A DNA stretch of 63,780 nt, filler included, from Octopus bimaculoides (taxonomy: Eukaryota), in the NCBI RefSeq assembly GCF_001194135.2. It is 4 parts of 4 records of this genome, joined end to end, with 100 filler letters (N's around TTAATTAATTAA, not from the genome) between each part and the next. Parts side by side here need not be neighbours in the genome. Positions count along the whole stretch, not along the records: positions 39,371 to 58,962 come from NC_068983.1; 3 more parts are not named here. One strand, given 5' to 3'. Shown here in pieces: positions 40,452 to 52,653 of the stretch (its first letter is position 1; each line of letters starts with the position of its first letter). Made by a program: the position numbers and the translations under genes. The notes under the pieces were generated by a model. It had not been told where the DNA came from. It searched no databases and saw only the letters and a program-made list of their open reading frames with translations.

Positions 40452-42744
40452 CTGATCTAATGAATATTGTTGCTTGTTTGTAAACTTGCTAGAGAAGTCT
40501 ATGAATTTCGTAGTCTTACTTAGACTGATGAAAGTAACGAGACGGGTGTCTAGCTTAAAAAGTGTAAAATCTGATAATATGCATCTTTATATTCAGGGAC
40601 CAGAACAGATCAAGCGAATTCCTATCGATATTGTTAGAACCGTGAAGTCTTAGAAAATATGCACAAAAAAAAAAAAAAAAAAAAAANNNNNNNNNNNNNN
40701 NNNNNNNNNNNNNNNNNNNNNNNNNNNNNNNNNNNNNNNNNNNNNNNNNNNNNNNNNNNNNNNNNNNNNNNNNNNNNNNNNNNNNNNNNNNNNNNNNNNN
40801 NNNNNNNNNNNNNNNNNNNNNNNNNNNNNNNNNNNNNNNNNNNNNNNNNNNNNNNNNNNNNNNNNNNNNNNNNNNNNNNNNNNNNNNNNNNNNNNNNNNN
40901 NNNNNNNNNNNNNNNNNNNNNNNNNNNNNNNNNNNNNNNNNNNNNNNNNNNNNNNNNNNNNNNNNNNNNNNNNNNNNNNNNNNNNNNNNNNNNNNNNNNN
41001 NNNNNNNNNNNNNNNNNNNNNNNNNNNNNNNNNNNNNNNNNNNNNNNNNNNNNNNNNNNNNNNNNNNNNNNNNNNNNNNNNNNNNNNNNNNNNNNNNNNN
41101 NNNNNNNNNNNNNNNNNNNNNNNNNNNNNNNNNNNNNNNNNNNNNNNNNNNNNNNNNNNNNNNNNNNNNNNNNNNNNNNNNNNNNNNNNNNNNNNNNNNN
41201 NNNNNNNNNNNNNNNNNNNNNNNNNNNNNNNNNNNNNNNNNNNNNNNNNNNNNNNNNNNNNNNNNNNNNNNNNNNNNNNNNNNNNNNNNNNNNNNNNNNN
41301 NNNNNNNNNNNNNNNNNNNNNNNNNNNNNNNNNNNNNNNNNNNNNNNNNNNNNNNNNNNNNNNNNNNNNNNNNNNNNNNNNNNNNNNNNNNNNNNNNNNN
41401 NNNNNNNNNNNNNNNNNNNNNNNNNNNNNNNNNNNNNNNNNNNNNNNNNNNNNNNNNNNNNNNNNNNNNNNNNNNNNNNNNNNNNNNNNNNNNNNNNNNN
41501 NNNNNNNNNNNNNNNNNNNNNNNNNNNNNNNNNNNNNNNNNNNNNNNNNNNNNNNNNNNNNNNNNNNNNNNNNNNNNNNNNNNNNNNNNNNNNNNNNNNN
41601 NNNNNNNNNNNNNNNNNNNNNNNNNNNNNNTATTCATATATATTTTCACACATACATACATACACACGCATAAAATTGTAAAAACACTTTTTCTTTACAT
41701 TTAAAAAAAAAATTCCTTTTTCTTTTCAATGATTTCTCTTTAATTAACATATTTGTCTTTTATTTTTTTTTTTATTCTCAACTTTGTTCCTTTACTTCCG
41801 TTTTTGTGTCACTTTATTAGCCAAGTTTTTTCATTTTTATCATTGTTACAGTTAAATCTTTATATTTTTCATATAATCTGATAATGTATTGTGATTTTAA
41901 GCTTGATAACCCACTACATTTTACGAAGTTACTATTCAAAACTGGAATAATTCTTCTACTACTTGGCAGGGGTCATATATTCAAGAACGTCAAACAAAAA
42001 CTAGAATATAACAAAAAAGGAAAAAAATGTGCCTCACAATGGTTAATAGGTTACTATATTCCACTTCCACATCCTTTGAAATTTCTGTAATTTTCTAGTT
42101 CAATCCCCTATTTTTATGAAGTGAATACATTTTGTTACCACATTCATTTATATTATTCTTTCTTAGAGAATGTACTCTTGTTGATAACGACAAACTGTTA
42201 AGATAATAGAATCCAGTTGAAGGTTTTCTCATTCTTTCTTAACGCAGCACTTCTGAGATCCTACTATAGACGGCGTATTGTGAGTAATTGTATCGTAAGT
42301 TTTTCATCAGGTAAATCGAAAATGCTTCTTGCTGTTCCGAACCTGTAGAACAGATTCTCATATCTGATAGACCTCTTTGTCGATTTTAAAGCAAATAAAT
42401 ATCACATCATAAAATCTGGTGTTATCTCAGACCCAAATATAGTCAACTCTGCTGTATTTATCACGTCCGTTGTACTGTCTACATCTATCGGATCAGAAAT
42501 GTTAATGTTGTTTCTTTCAAGGGTACTGAGGTGTCGTAGTCATGTCTCTTATAGGGTCATAAACTGTCCTCCGCCATCAACTATTATTCCCAAACATAGA
42601 AAATCTCGAATCGGTTAAATTTCATGTAACAGCGGTTCTATTATACTTTGTTTTGATCCACTGAAAACCGCTTACTTTTATGGTACTTATAAAAATAAGC
42701 AGACTTATGTCTGCTAATTGTTGGATGGTATCTATCTCATAATG

Positions 42745-42935
42745 CTTTCTGTTATAGGCACAAGGCCTGAAATTGCTGGGGTGGGGCTAGTCGATTACAT
42801 GTACTTATTTCATAAACTCCGAATGGATGAAAGGCAAAGTTGCCTTGGTGGAATTTGAACTTGCAACATAATACCGGAAGAGATGCTGCCAAGCATTTTG
42901 TCTGGCGTGCTAACGATTTAGCCAACTCACCGCTT
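42745..42935 (-). mobile_element. SINE family A (older copy)
   Basis: Diverged match to 53690-53920, with a degenerate flanking duplication tatctatctcataat / tacctatctaataat. Confidence 0.8.
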
Positions 42936-42956
42936 TGTACCTATCTAATAATAATA

Positions 42957-43806
42957 TACGAGGTCTGATCAATAAATATCCGGACTGTTGCCATAGTAAC
43001 GAAACTAAAGCACTCAGAGGGAAGTCACTTGGCAGATTGACCTTGACCTCTGCTGTGCATGCGCACTAAATATTAACGTTCTAGCTCACTTCCGCTATTT
43101 ATAGCAGTGCTTGGAAGGAAGGTGTGTAGCATGTGATCGTGGCATTGACCATGACAAAGAAATTGTCATGGCGATACCTGCTCAGAGGCCTACACAAAGT
43201 TGCAGAAAGTGTCTAGAGAGGAGTATATGAGCCGCACACACGTGTACGAGTGGTTCAGATGTTTCCAAGATGGCCGAAAAATGTCGATATTGACGAACGT
43301 TCTGGGAGATCCGCAACCAGCAGAACTGAGAAAAACATCGTAGATGTGCGTGCAGCTGTGAGGGGAAGTCGTCGAATCACGGTGAGTTATTAGCGGATGT
43401 GCAGGTTAGATACGGTTCAGTTCAATCCATTATCACTGAAGATTTGGGTATGAGACGCGTGTCTGCCAAGTTTGTGCCAAAACTGCTTTCAGCAGACCAA
43501 AAACACACTCGGGTTTCAGTTGCCCAAGATTCCCTTGATTGTGTCGAGAACGATGAAAACTTTTTGGTATCACCAAGCTTTTGGCAAAATTTGATGCAGA
43601 TTCTCCGCTCAACTTTCTGTCATGGTCAATGTGACGAACACACGCTACACACGTAACTTCCAAGCACTGCTGTAAACAGCGGAAGTGAGCTGGAACGTTA
43701 AAACTTAGTGTGCATGCACAACAGAGTTCAAGGTCAATCTGTAACAAGCGGCTTTACTCTACGTTACTATGGCAACAGTCCGGATACTTATTGATCAGAC
43801 CACGTA
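42957..43806 (+). mobile_element. Non-autonomous mariner derivative with TA target duplication and ~200-bp inverted ends; retains only the DNA-binding half of the transposase
   Basis: TA|CGAGGTCTGATCAATAAATATCCGGACTGTTGCCATAGTAACG...CGTTACTATGGCAACAGTCCGGATACTTATTGATCAGACCACG|TA. Internal coding remnant MSRTHVYEWFRCFQDGR...LGMRRVSAKFVPKLLSADQK stops before the first catalytic Asp. Confidence 0.92.
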
Positions 43807-45095
43807 AAAAATATAACCGACCTGTCTAGTTTCTTGTTGAGATCCTTAATTTGGTCCCTTCTACTTGAATCCATTGCCAGATTTCTTTCTTATTTAAGTG
43901 AAATAATCAATTTGTTTATGTATTATATTCGTTCAGTTATGATTAAATGACTGCGGAAACTATTATGTAATATACATTATTTAAATGCGTGACTGTAAAA
44001 TTGTTCTCAGCCACGTCTATATACATGATGCCTGATTTATCACCCGCAAGTTGTTGAAACTTGTGCAAGCTACAAAATAAATGTAACACCTGCTCCTCTA
44101 GTCTTCATTTATTATTAATACTCCGCGACAGAAGTAACTCTTCCAGATTTTCTGTTTGTATGAAACGTACGTTACTACCAGAGAAATTCTCCTTTGCACA
44201 AATTTAGACAGCTGCTGTTCGCGTGAGTGCTACCTGAGATAAACGCCTGTATCATCTGATCACTTCTCACTTGCTATATAAGTATAATATAAAGATATAC
44301 ATATTCGCGCGTGCACGGGCACGCATGCACACATGCGCGCGCGCTACATTCATTTATAGCTTATTTATATTTTAGTTGCGATCGTGTACTTTCTAGAGTG
44401 TTGGTGTCTGCTGTACTAAATGTTTTCATATAGTTTACAACGGCATAAGAGTGAACTCCCTGAAAGCTATACCACTGTAGGATTTTTGATGAGGTTAAAA
44501 AAATCTCATAAATCTAACGAAAGAAGACAACAAAATTGATATTAATGGCGGAATACTCGAAAGAGAGAGAGAGAGATTTTATGTTTTGTATTACTGCTGG
44601 TATTGGTGCTGACCTGCAGTTCAAATTTTATTTAAAAAAAAAAAAGAGATCTAGGAGTTAATGTTTCAGAATTCAGTGTTCTAGTTTTTCATAGTTCTTG
44701 CGTTTTTCTTTTTTTTTTTCGGTGAAGTATGATAACTCATCCCCTCGAACGTCACAACCACCACTATAAACACACACATACACACAATAAACAGAATAAA
44801 TACAAACATACACACCCAAAAACAAAATACCAGAAAGAACAACAAATCAAACAAACAAACAAACAAACAGAAAACCATGATTTGATGATGACACTGGCAT
44901 AAATTCATGGGTATTTCGTTGAAATTCTGAGTAATTTTTCAAAGAAGAACTGGAGTTACAGGGGGAAAAAAATTATTTCTAGTTCAATTTTCATATATTT
45001 CGCATTACTAATATAGTATTGCATCGTGGAAGGTGTTTATAAGCCATTTAAAAATACATAAAAACCGTTAGATTCACTTCAACATTTAAATTTAA

Positions 45096-45146
45096 TTTAA
45101 CAAAATATTTTCGTCGCTTTGAGACCACGACCTGTTCACTGACAAA
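45096..45146 (-). ncRNA. Minimal type-I hammerhead-like motif with G3-C8 swapped core
   Basis: Minus strand TTTGTCA-GTGAACA-G-GTCGT-ggtctcaaa-GCGAC-GAA-AATATT-T-TGTTAAA: stem I (one mismatch), core, 5-bp stem II, GAAA, palindromic stem III, cleavage triplet, stem I. Confidence 0.5.
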
Positions 45147-45296
45147 ACACCTTCCACGATGCAATTATTTTTATTTCAGCAAACGATCTCAGATCAGGTC
45201 ACTTGCTATGCAAGTACGTCTCCGTAATAATATAGTATTATTAAGAAGAAACTTTTACGGAAACAGTAATTCTATCCCAAGTTATTGAGCGAATAT

Positions 45297-45525
45297 TCTT
45301 TTCTACTCTAGGCACAAGGCCCGAAATTTTGGGGGAGGTGGTGGTGGTGGGGGCAGTCGATCAGATCGACGCCAGTACGCAACTGGTACTTAATTTATCG
45401 ACATCCCCGAAAGGATGAAAGGCAAAGTCGACCTCGGCGGAATTTGAACTCAGAACGTAAAGACAGACGAAATTCCGCTAAGCATGTCACCCGGCGTGCT
45501 AACGATCCTGCCAGCTCGCCGCCTT
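45297..45525 (-). mobile_element. SINE family A
   Basis: ggcacaaggcccgaaatttt...ccgaaaggatgaaaggcaaagtcgacctcggcggaatttgaactcag...gccagctcgccgcc. Confidence 0.88.
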
Positions 45526-46279
45526 TGTTGATTGAAGATATTGTTGATTGAAGATATTGAGTATTAATAATAAATGAAGACTAGGGGAGCAGGTATTACA
45601 TTTATTTTGTAGCTTACACAAGTTTCAACAATATGCGGATGATAAATCAGGCATCATGTATATAGACACGGCTAAGAACAATGTTACAGTCACGCATTTA
45701 AATAATGTGTATTACATAATAGCTTCCGCAGTCATTTAATCATAACTGAACGAATATAATACATAAACAAATTGACTATCTCACTTAAATGGGGAAAACA
45801 ATCTGGCAATGTATTCAAGTAGGAGGGACCAAATTGGGCTGTACTGTCTAGTGTTATTGTTGTTGTTGTTGTTGTTATTTTGGTGTTTCGGGAGATCGTT
45901 GCCGCTACACCAGTACATCTAACTTAAAATCTACTATCACAAATATTGGTCATTATGACCCTTAAGAGGGAATATCGTGTACACTACAACAGACTTGCTT
46001 CCTTTCACACTAAAAATGTGAAGAATAACTCCTCTGAGACCTTTCAAATGATAAATGAGTTATGAAGAGATTAAACTTAGAAGAGCACATCGTTAAGAAC
46101 GCTCACAGACCCTTAGCATACCAAAGATGCTCGCCTGCCAAATATTTTGCATTTTATTAAAAGAGTTTGGGTAATATAAGCAATGTTATTAGATATACAG
46201 AATACAAGACCATAGTAGATTTACGAAGTTTTCTAAGAAAACAAAATGGAACCCAGAGATTTCTACAATTTTTTTTACT

Positions 46280-46468
46280 TGTTCCAAATCCTTAGACTGC
46301 GGCCATGCTGGGGCATTGCTTTGAAGGGTTTTAGTCGAGCAGATCGATCCTAGTACTTACTTTTAAGTCTGGTGCTTATTTCATCGGTCCGTTTTGCCGA
46401 AGCGCTAAGTTACGAGAACGTAAACAAACCAACACCGGTTGTCAAGCGGTTAGGTAACTCTCTCTCTC

Positions 46469-46508
<40 letters not shown>

Positions 46509-47347
46509 NNNNNNNNNNNNNNNNNNNNNNNNNNNNNNNNNNNNNNNNNNNNNNNNNNNNNNNNNNNNNNNNNNNNNNNNNNNNNNNNNNNNNNNNNNNN
46601 NNNNNNNNNNNNNNNNNNNNNNNNNNNNNNNNNNNNNNNNNNNNNNNNNNNNNNNNNNNNNNNNNNNNNNNNNNNNNNNNNNNNNNNNNNNNNNNNNNNN
46701 NNNNNNNNNNNNNNNNNNNNNNNNNNNNNNNNNNNNNNNNNNNNNNNNNNNNNNNNNNNNNNNNNNNNNNNNNNNNNNNNNNNNNNNNNNNNNNNNNNNN
46801 NNNNNNNNNNNNNNNNNNNNNNNNNNNNNNNNNNNNNNNNNNNNNNNNNNNNNCACACACACACACACACATACATGTATGTCACTGTGTCTGTGTTTGT
46901 TCCCCATTGCCGCTTCACAACCGTGTTGGTGTGTTTACGTCTCCGTAACTTAGTGGTTCGGGAAATGCGACCGATAGAATAAGTGCCAGGCTTAAGTACT
47001 GGGGTTGATTCATTCGACTAAAATTTTTCAAGGCAGTGGCCCAGCTTGGCTGCAGTCTAATGACTGAAACAACCAAAACATAAAAGATATACATACATAC
47101 ATACATGTATACATACATACATACACACACACACATACATACATACATACATACATGCATGCATACATACATGCATGCATGTGACGGGTTCTTTCAGTTT
47201 CCTTCAACCAAATTCTCTTACATAACTTTGGTCGGTCCGGGACTCTTGAAGAAGACACACTCCCAAGGTTCCACACAGCGGGGGACTGAACCCAGAACCA
47301 CGTGGTTACAAAGTGAGCTTCTTAACCATACAGCCATGCCTGCGCCA
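46280..47347. mobile_element. Nested SINE family B pieces: minus 3' half (46280-46470), plus 3' half (46870-47090), minus 5' half (47180-47347)
   Basis: Each piece matches part of 57476-58350. They are separated by microsatellites and an N-gap. Confidence 0.75.
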
Positions 47348-47849
47348 AGAGGAATATTTGTCAACGTTCATAATACCCCAGAAGGGAATTTACTACAAAT
47401 TCTTCCTCTGCGAGCATATATAAATGATTTATTTCTAGTAAATAATGGCTTGAAACGAAACGAACACCAAAGTGAAACTATGATGGAATGGCTTGTGTCA
47501 GAAGACAGAAATATCAATTTATAAAATCAAATTGATGACAAATAAAGTAAGAGGCCATTTTAACACACATGAATTATGTTCAGTGACTCATTATTCAACG
47601 TTCAAGTTCCAATATGATCTGCTTGTACGTTTTATTTATCCAGAGTTGATAGAATAATGCACTGGGAGTGCTGTTTTGCCTCAACAGAACTCTAAGGCTT
47701 TGCATCGGGGACCAAATGTGACTATCTCGTCTTTTTTTTTTTTCTGATGTAATTTATCTTGGATGAGTGGACGACAGGATCGATTAACGTCAGCGGGTTT
47801 AGAAGTCAGAACACAGTTAACTAACGTAGTCCAGTATCTTTAAATAGAT

Positions 47850-48044
47850 GTTCTTTTCTACTCTAGGCACAAAGCCCGAAAGTTTTGGGGAGCGGGGGCC
47901 AATCGATTAAATCGACCTCAGTACGCAACTGGTACTTAATTTATCGACCCCGAAAGGCTGAAAGGCAAAGTCGACTTCGGCGGAATTTGAACTTAGAACG
48001 TAAATACAGACGAAATACCGCTAAGCATTTCTGCCAGCTCACCT
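47850..48044 (-). mobile_element. SINE family A with 15-bp TSD
   Basis: Same body (gtcgacttcggcggaatttgaac; cgaccccgaaagg). TSD tatctttaaatagat at 47835-47849 and 48045-48059. Confidence 0.88.
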
Positions 48045-48641
48045 TATCTTTAAATAGATATTCCTTCATGTATATCTTCCACCTTTTTTTGTTTTTTGTA
48101 CATTGCATTCACATTTGGATATTCATGCCGTCAATAATGACAGCGGGTGTTTTACTAATCTTTGTGATCATTACAATATTTAGTATTGTATTTAGGAATA
48201 CTCGATTTTTCCAGTTGGAGGTATTGACGAAAAATGTACTTGAAAGTTGCTAATGAGGTTATGAGGGTTTAAATAACAATGCCAAAATAACAGGTAAAAA
48301 AAAACATGTTTATTACCCCGCAAATACTATATAAGTTTGGTTACTTTCAATAAGTACAATATGTTATAGTCAATGAATCACTCACTCGCTATTCTCCATT
48401 ATGTGCGCGCGGCGTAATAAATAAATTTGCTAAAGGTGAATGCAGGATATCTTTCAGTAAGTTGAATACGAAAGCTATTAGTGGAACATAGTTGAATATA
48501 TAAAGTAGAATAATTAATGGTAGAAGGATTGTATATACAAATATATATATAGCGTATTAAATGTATATTGATGACACATAATGCATTATGTGTGTGTGTG
48601 TATGTATATATTTGTGTGTCTGTGTGCATATATATGTATAT

Positions 48642-48694
<53 letters not shown>

Positions 48695-48899
48695 CATGAA
48701 CAAAAGTATACAGTAAGATTCATGATAGTAGAGTCTGAAAAAGGTAAAGTTCCAAAGGTAATCCGGGTGGAGTGATGGTAAGATGGATTAGGAGAGGTAC
48801 CAAAAGTCTGAGAAGAAGGTAGGAGAGGTGAGGGCACAAGAGAGGAGGAAGTCCAGTCAGACAGGATGAAACTGGGGTGACCACGTGAGCGTATATTTC

Positions 48900-49271
48900 A
48901 TATGGTTCAAATGCACAGAAAATAAAAGATGATGACAAGTGAGAGAACAACAAGCAAGTGTATTAGTTTGACGCTCAGGAAGAATGGAAACGTCTTGGGC
49001 GTTTCGAGCCTACGCTCTTCAACAGAAAGGGATGAGAGGGAAAAAATGGAGAGAGAATGAAGAAAACAGAAAGAGAAAAAAATGTGTCGGGATTAACGGT
49101 TTAACATGATGAAACCGTTAATCCCGACAAATTTTTCTCTCTCTCCATTTTATGTCAAAGAGCGTAGGCTCGAAATATCAAAAACTTTTCCATTCTTCCT
49201 GAGCGTCAAACTAATACACCTGCTTGTTGTTCCCTCACTTGTCTTTGTCTTTTGCTTTCTGTACATTTGAA

Positions 49272-49277
<6 letters not shown>
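48900..49277. repeat. ~380-bp foldback: two inverted copies of a hammerhead-bearing repeat around a perfect 18-bp hairpin
   Basis: Outer arms atatggttcaaatgcacagaaa...gagcctacgctctt and aagagcgtaggctc...tttctgtacatttgaaccatat. Central tgtcgggattaacggttt (49085-49102) pairs with aaaccgttaatcccgaca (49112-49129). Confidence 0.85.
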
Positions 49278-49302
<25 letters not shown>

Positions 49303-49857
49303 NNNNNNNNNNNNNNNNNNNNNNNNNNNNNNNNNNNNNNNNNNNNNNNNNNNNNNNNNNNNNNNNNNNNNNNNNNNNNNNNNNNNNNNNNNNNNNNNNN
49401 NNNNNNNNNNNNNNNNNNNNNNNNNNNNNNNNNNNNNNNNNNNNNNNNNNNNNNNNNNNNNNNNNNNNNNNNNNNNNNNNNNNNNNNNNNNNNNNNNNNN
49501 NNNNNNNNNNNNNNNNNNNNNNNNNNNNNNNNNNNNNNNNNNNNNNNNNNNNNNNNNNNNNNNNNNNNNNNNNNNNNNNNNNNNNNNNNNNNNNNNNNNN
49601 NNNNNNNNNNNNNNNNNNNNNNNNNNNNNNNNNNNNNNNNNNNNNNNNNNNNNNNNNNNNNNNNNNNNNNNNNNNNNNNNNNNNNNNNNNNNNNNNNNNN
49701 NNNNNNNNNNNNNNNNNNNNNNNNNNNNNNNNNNNNNNNNNNNNNNNNNNNNNNNNNNNNNNNNNNNNNNNNNNNNNNNNNNNNNNNNNNNNNNNNNNNN
49801 NNNNNNNNNNNNNNNNNNNNNNNNNNNNNNNNNNNNNNNNNNNNNNNNNNNNNNNNG

Positions 49858-50042
49858 GGAAAGGCAAAGGCCGATACAGCTTGGCACCTGTGACGTCGTA
49901 ACTCATTTTTACAGCTGAGTGAACTGGTGCAACGTGAAATAAAGTGTCTTGCTCAAGAACACAACACGCAGCCCGGTCCGGGATTCGAATTCACAACCTC
50001 ACGATCGTAAGCACGACGCTCTAGCCACTGAGCCATGCGCCT

Positions 50043-50043
<1 letters not shown>
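49858..50043 (-). mobile_element. tRNA-derived SINE family D
   Basis: Minus strand tggaggcgcatggctcagtggctagagcgtcgtgcttacgatcgtgaggttgtgaattcgaatcccggacc (A and B boxes), followed by a non-tRNA body with no CCA arm. Not a genuine tRNA. Confidence 0.82.
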
Positions 50044-50083
<40 letters not shown>

Positions 50084-52598
50084 CTAATACGCATAACGTA
50101 TTATATATATCGTTGATAATCCTTCACGTATGTTCACATATTCCTTAACATGCATTTACACATTCTTTCACAAATATCCACATATTCCCTTACATATATA
50201 TTCACACGTTCCTTACATAGTATAAACTTTCAAACATTGTCTCAATTTTTCCAAATCTTGCTGCATTTCATATGGAAATTTTGTTCCTCCAAAGTCGTGT
50301 TGGGATATAAGTCGACCTATCTTTTTTTGGTTGTAAATTTTGGTCTGAAAATTCAAGTTGTATGCCGGAATATACAGTACAACATCGATATTGTGTAACA
50401 GTAAAATAATAATGGAAAAAATGAGTCCTATAAATCTACAATAACCCTGAGGGTTAAGTATTAGCCTGTAACTTCGGAAACAGCGATGTAATTTATTATA
50501 ATATAACGTTTTCTATGAATATACCAACCGTTTCTTTGTAGAAAACATTCATGCTACAGAAACCCTTCATCAAAACTGTCGTAGCCAATTAGTTTTCTGT
50601 ATATAAAACAACTAAATTGAAGACAACTTTCTTTTGATAAATTTATCATAAGAATGCTATCTTTGATAAAGAATTAATAAAACAAACAATTCTTTGATAA
50701 AGAATTCTGTATCTTAGTTATTGTGTCATGTTTTGTTTAGATGATGATTGATAACACCTGTCAGTTGTATTGTCTTCTCCACAGCCCTTTGTCTTTCTCT
50801 CACTCTCTGTCTCTCTTTATTTTTTATGTTACTCGACAAGGTGTATGAATTGTGAAACAAAGGCCCAGAGGGGCAGACCAGTTATGAATTCAAGAATATG
50901 GAACAAGCAAATTCAAGGACCCAATCTCTGTTGATATGTCGTTCTAATCTCAAAGGGCGGTTGATAACAAAAACGGCAGATAAAATACCTAACAACATTA
51001 TTTTTATTTTCTTTTTTAATTATTTGATCTTGGAGGAAGTGAGTTCTGCCCCATGGTCTTTGCAGGAGTTACATCTGTTTACCTCCTGAATTTAAATCTC
51101 ACCCACGTTAACTTTTATCTTCCAGTCGTCAATTAACTCTTGAAAATATTCTTATTCAAAAGCCCAGTCCTGTGATATTTCCATTATAGAACAAAAATGG
51201 ACGCTAGAAGAAGAAAATAGATCAGAGTTTTCTCCTTTACATCAGAAAGCTGCTCATTTCCTTGCAAATGAAGTAAACGAGGTTAGTACGATTTTTGTGA
51301 TATCGTGTGTTTCAAGGCTGGTTAACTGATACAATCCTGTGATGTTCTGTGCCATACAGAAAGTTAAGAGTTAAATTGTAGTCAAATATTCGACCAGGTT
51401 TCAAACTACTAAACTCCAACCCTATTTGTTTGACATTGTCAATGTCGAAAATCAATTATATTTTTACAAATGTAAAGTCGTTAGAATTCGAAGACTTCGT
51501 AAGTCATCAATAATATATCTGTAACTATGAATCTTGACCCCTTAATTCGCTCTCATTCATCCTCCCAGTATGTAAACTGCTACAATAGATTAGACAATTA
51601 TCCTTAACATTATCGTCACCCAATCTTACACCCATTCCTCTATGGGTGTTTGGTAGGTAAGTACGAGTGTCACCCTTGTAAATATGTCCAATATATAACA
51701 GCAGCAACAACAACTAGTTGTAGTGGTATAATGCAACACGGGCATGTTGTGAGTATAAGGGGGTAACTGACAATTTCGAACTTCACGTCCAATTGTTTAT
51801 TATAACTACATAATTATCTCCCATAAGTTGCTATGTATGTATGTATGTATGTATGTCATTATTCATTTTTATTTCAAGATAAAGAGCCGGTTTCTAACAA
51901 TGATCCAAGGTTCCTTCATTGAAATTTCAACATCAACGGGGTATTTTTGTATGTATGTATGTATGTATGTATGTATGCATGTATATATGTATGCATGTAT
52001 GTATGTATGTATGTATGTACGTATGTATGTATGTATGTATGTATGTATGTATACGTGCAGATTCGTACAGATTTTTACAGTTCCAGTGATGGATTGGATC
52101 TGTAGTCTTCGAACCAGCTTTCTCATTTCTAATTTGTCAAAATTGCTATTTAGACAGTGTGTTACATATCTCAATGCCCCCAAAATTACATATTTGTATG
52201 TATGTATGTATGCATGTATGCATGCATGTATGTATGTATGTATGTATGTATGTATGTATGTATGTATGTATGTATAGACAAGCTACTTTCTATATAAGAT
52301 ACTTTAAACCTTCACTCCAATGTAATAAGTACGTGGGTTTGTGTGCTTCTATCTGCGAATGATATTTAACATTTAACAACTAGCCTGCTGTTAGCTTGTT
52401 TGTGATTCACATTTAGCATAAGAGTGAAAACTGGTGTTGTTGTTTAGTTCTAGGTCAGTGATCAAAGGTTTTCTACCCAAGCAACTCACATGTTGTTTTG
52501 GAAACAGGATGGTTTGACTTGAGGAATATACGTTGCTGCTCCTAGCTGATCAGTGATCACGTAGACGGTCCCACGTTACACCGAAGGCTGCTTTACCC

Positions 52599-52653
<55 letters not shown>

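Larger units (their letters stand above)
43848..45835. repeat. Long inverted repeat pair: 43848-44123 and 45559-45835 (~275 bp each)
   Basis: For example atgatgcctgatttatc (left) versus gataaatcaggcatcat (right), and gtcttcatttattattaatactc versus gagtattaataataaatgaagac. Similar along the whole arm by eye. Confidence 0.88.

Noticed and set aside
42249-42280. 32-nt segment between a strong acceptor (ttaacgcag) and donor (gtgagt)
   Set aside because: Stop codon in the phase needed to follow synaptogyrin exon 1; no similarity to the MARVEL domain.
49975-50043. tRNA-like sequence on the minus strand
   Set aside because: SINE head continuing into a repeat body, with no acceptor stem or CCA arm. 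The same applies to 39371-39430 and 57476-57545.
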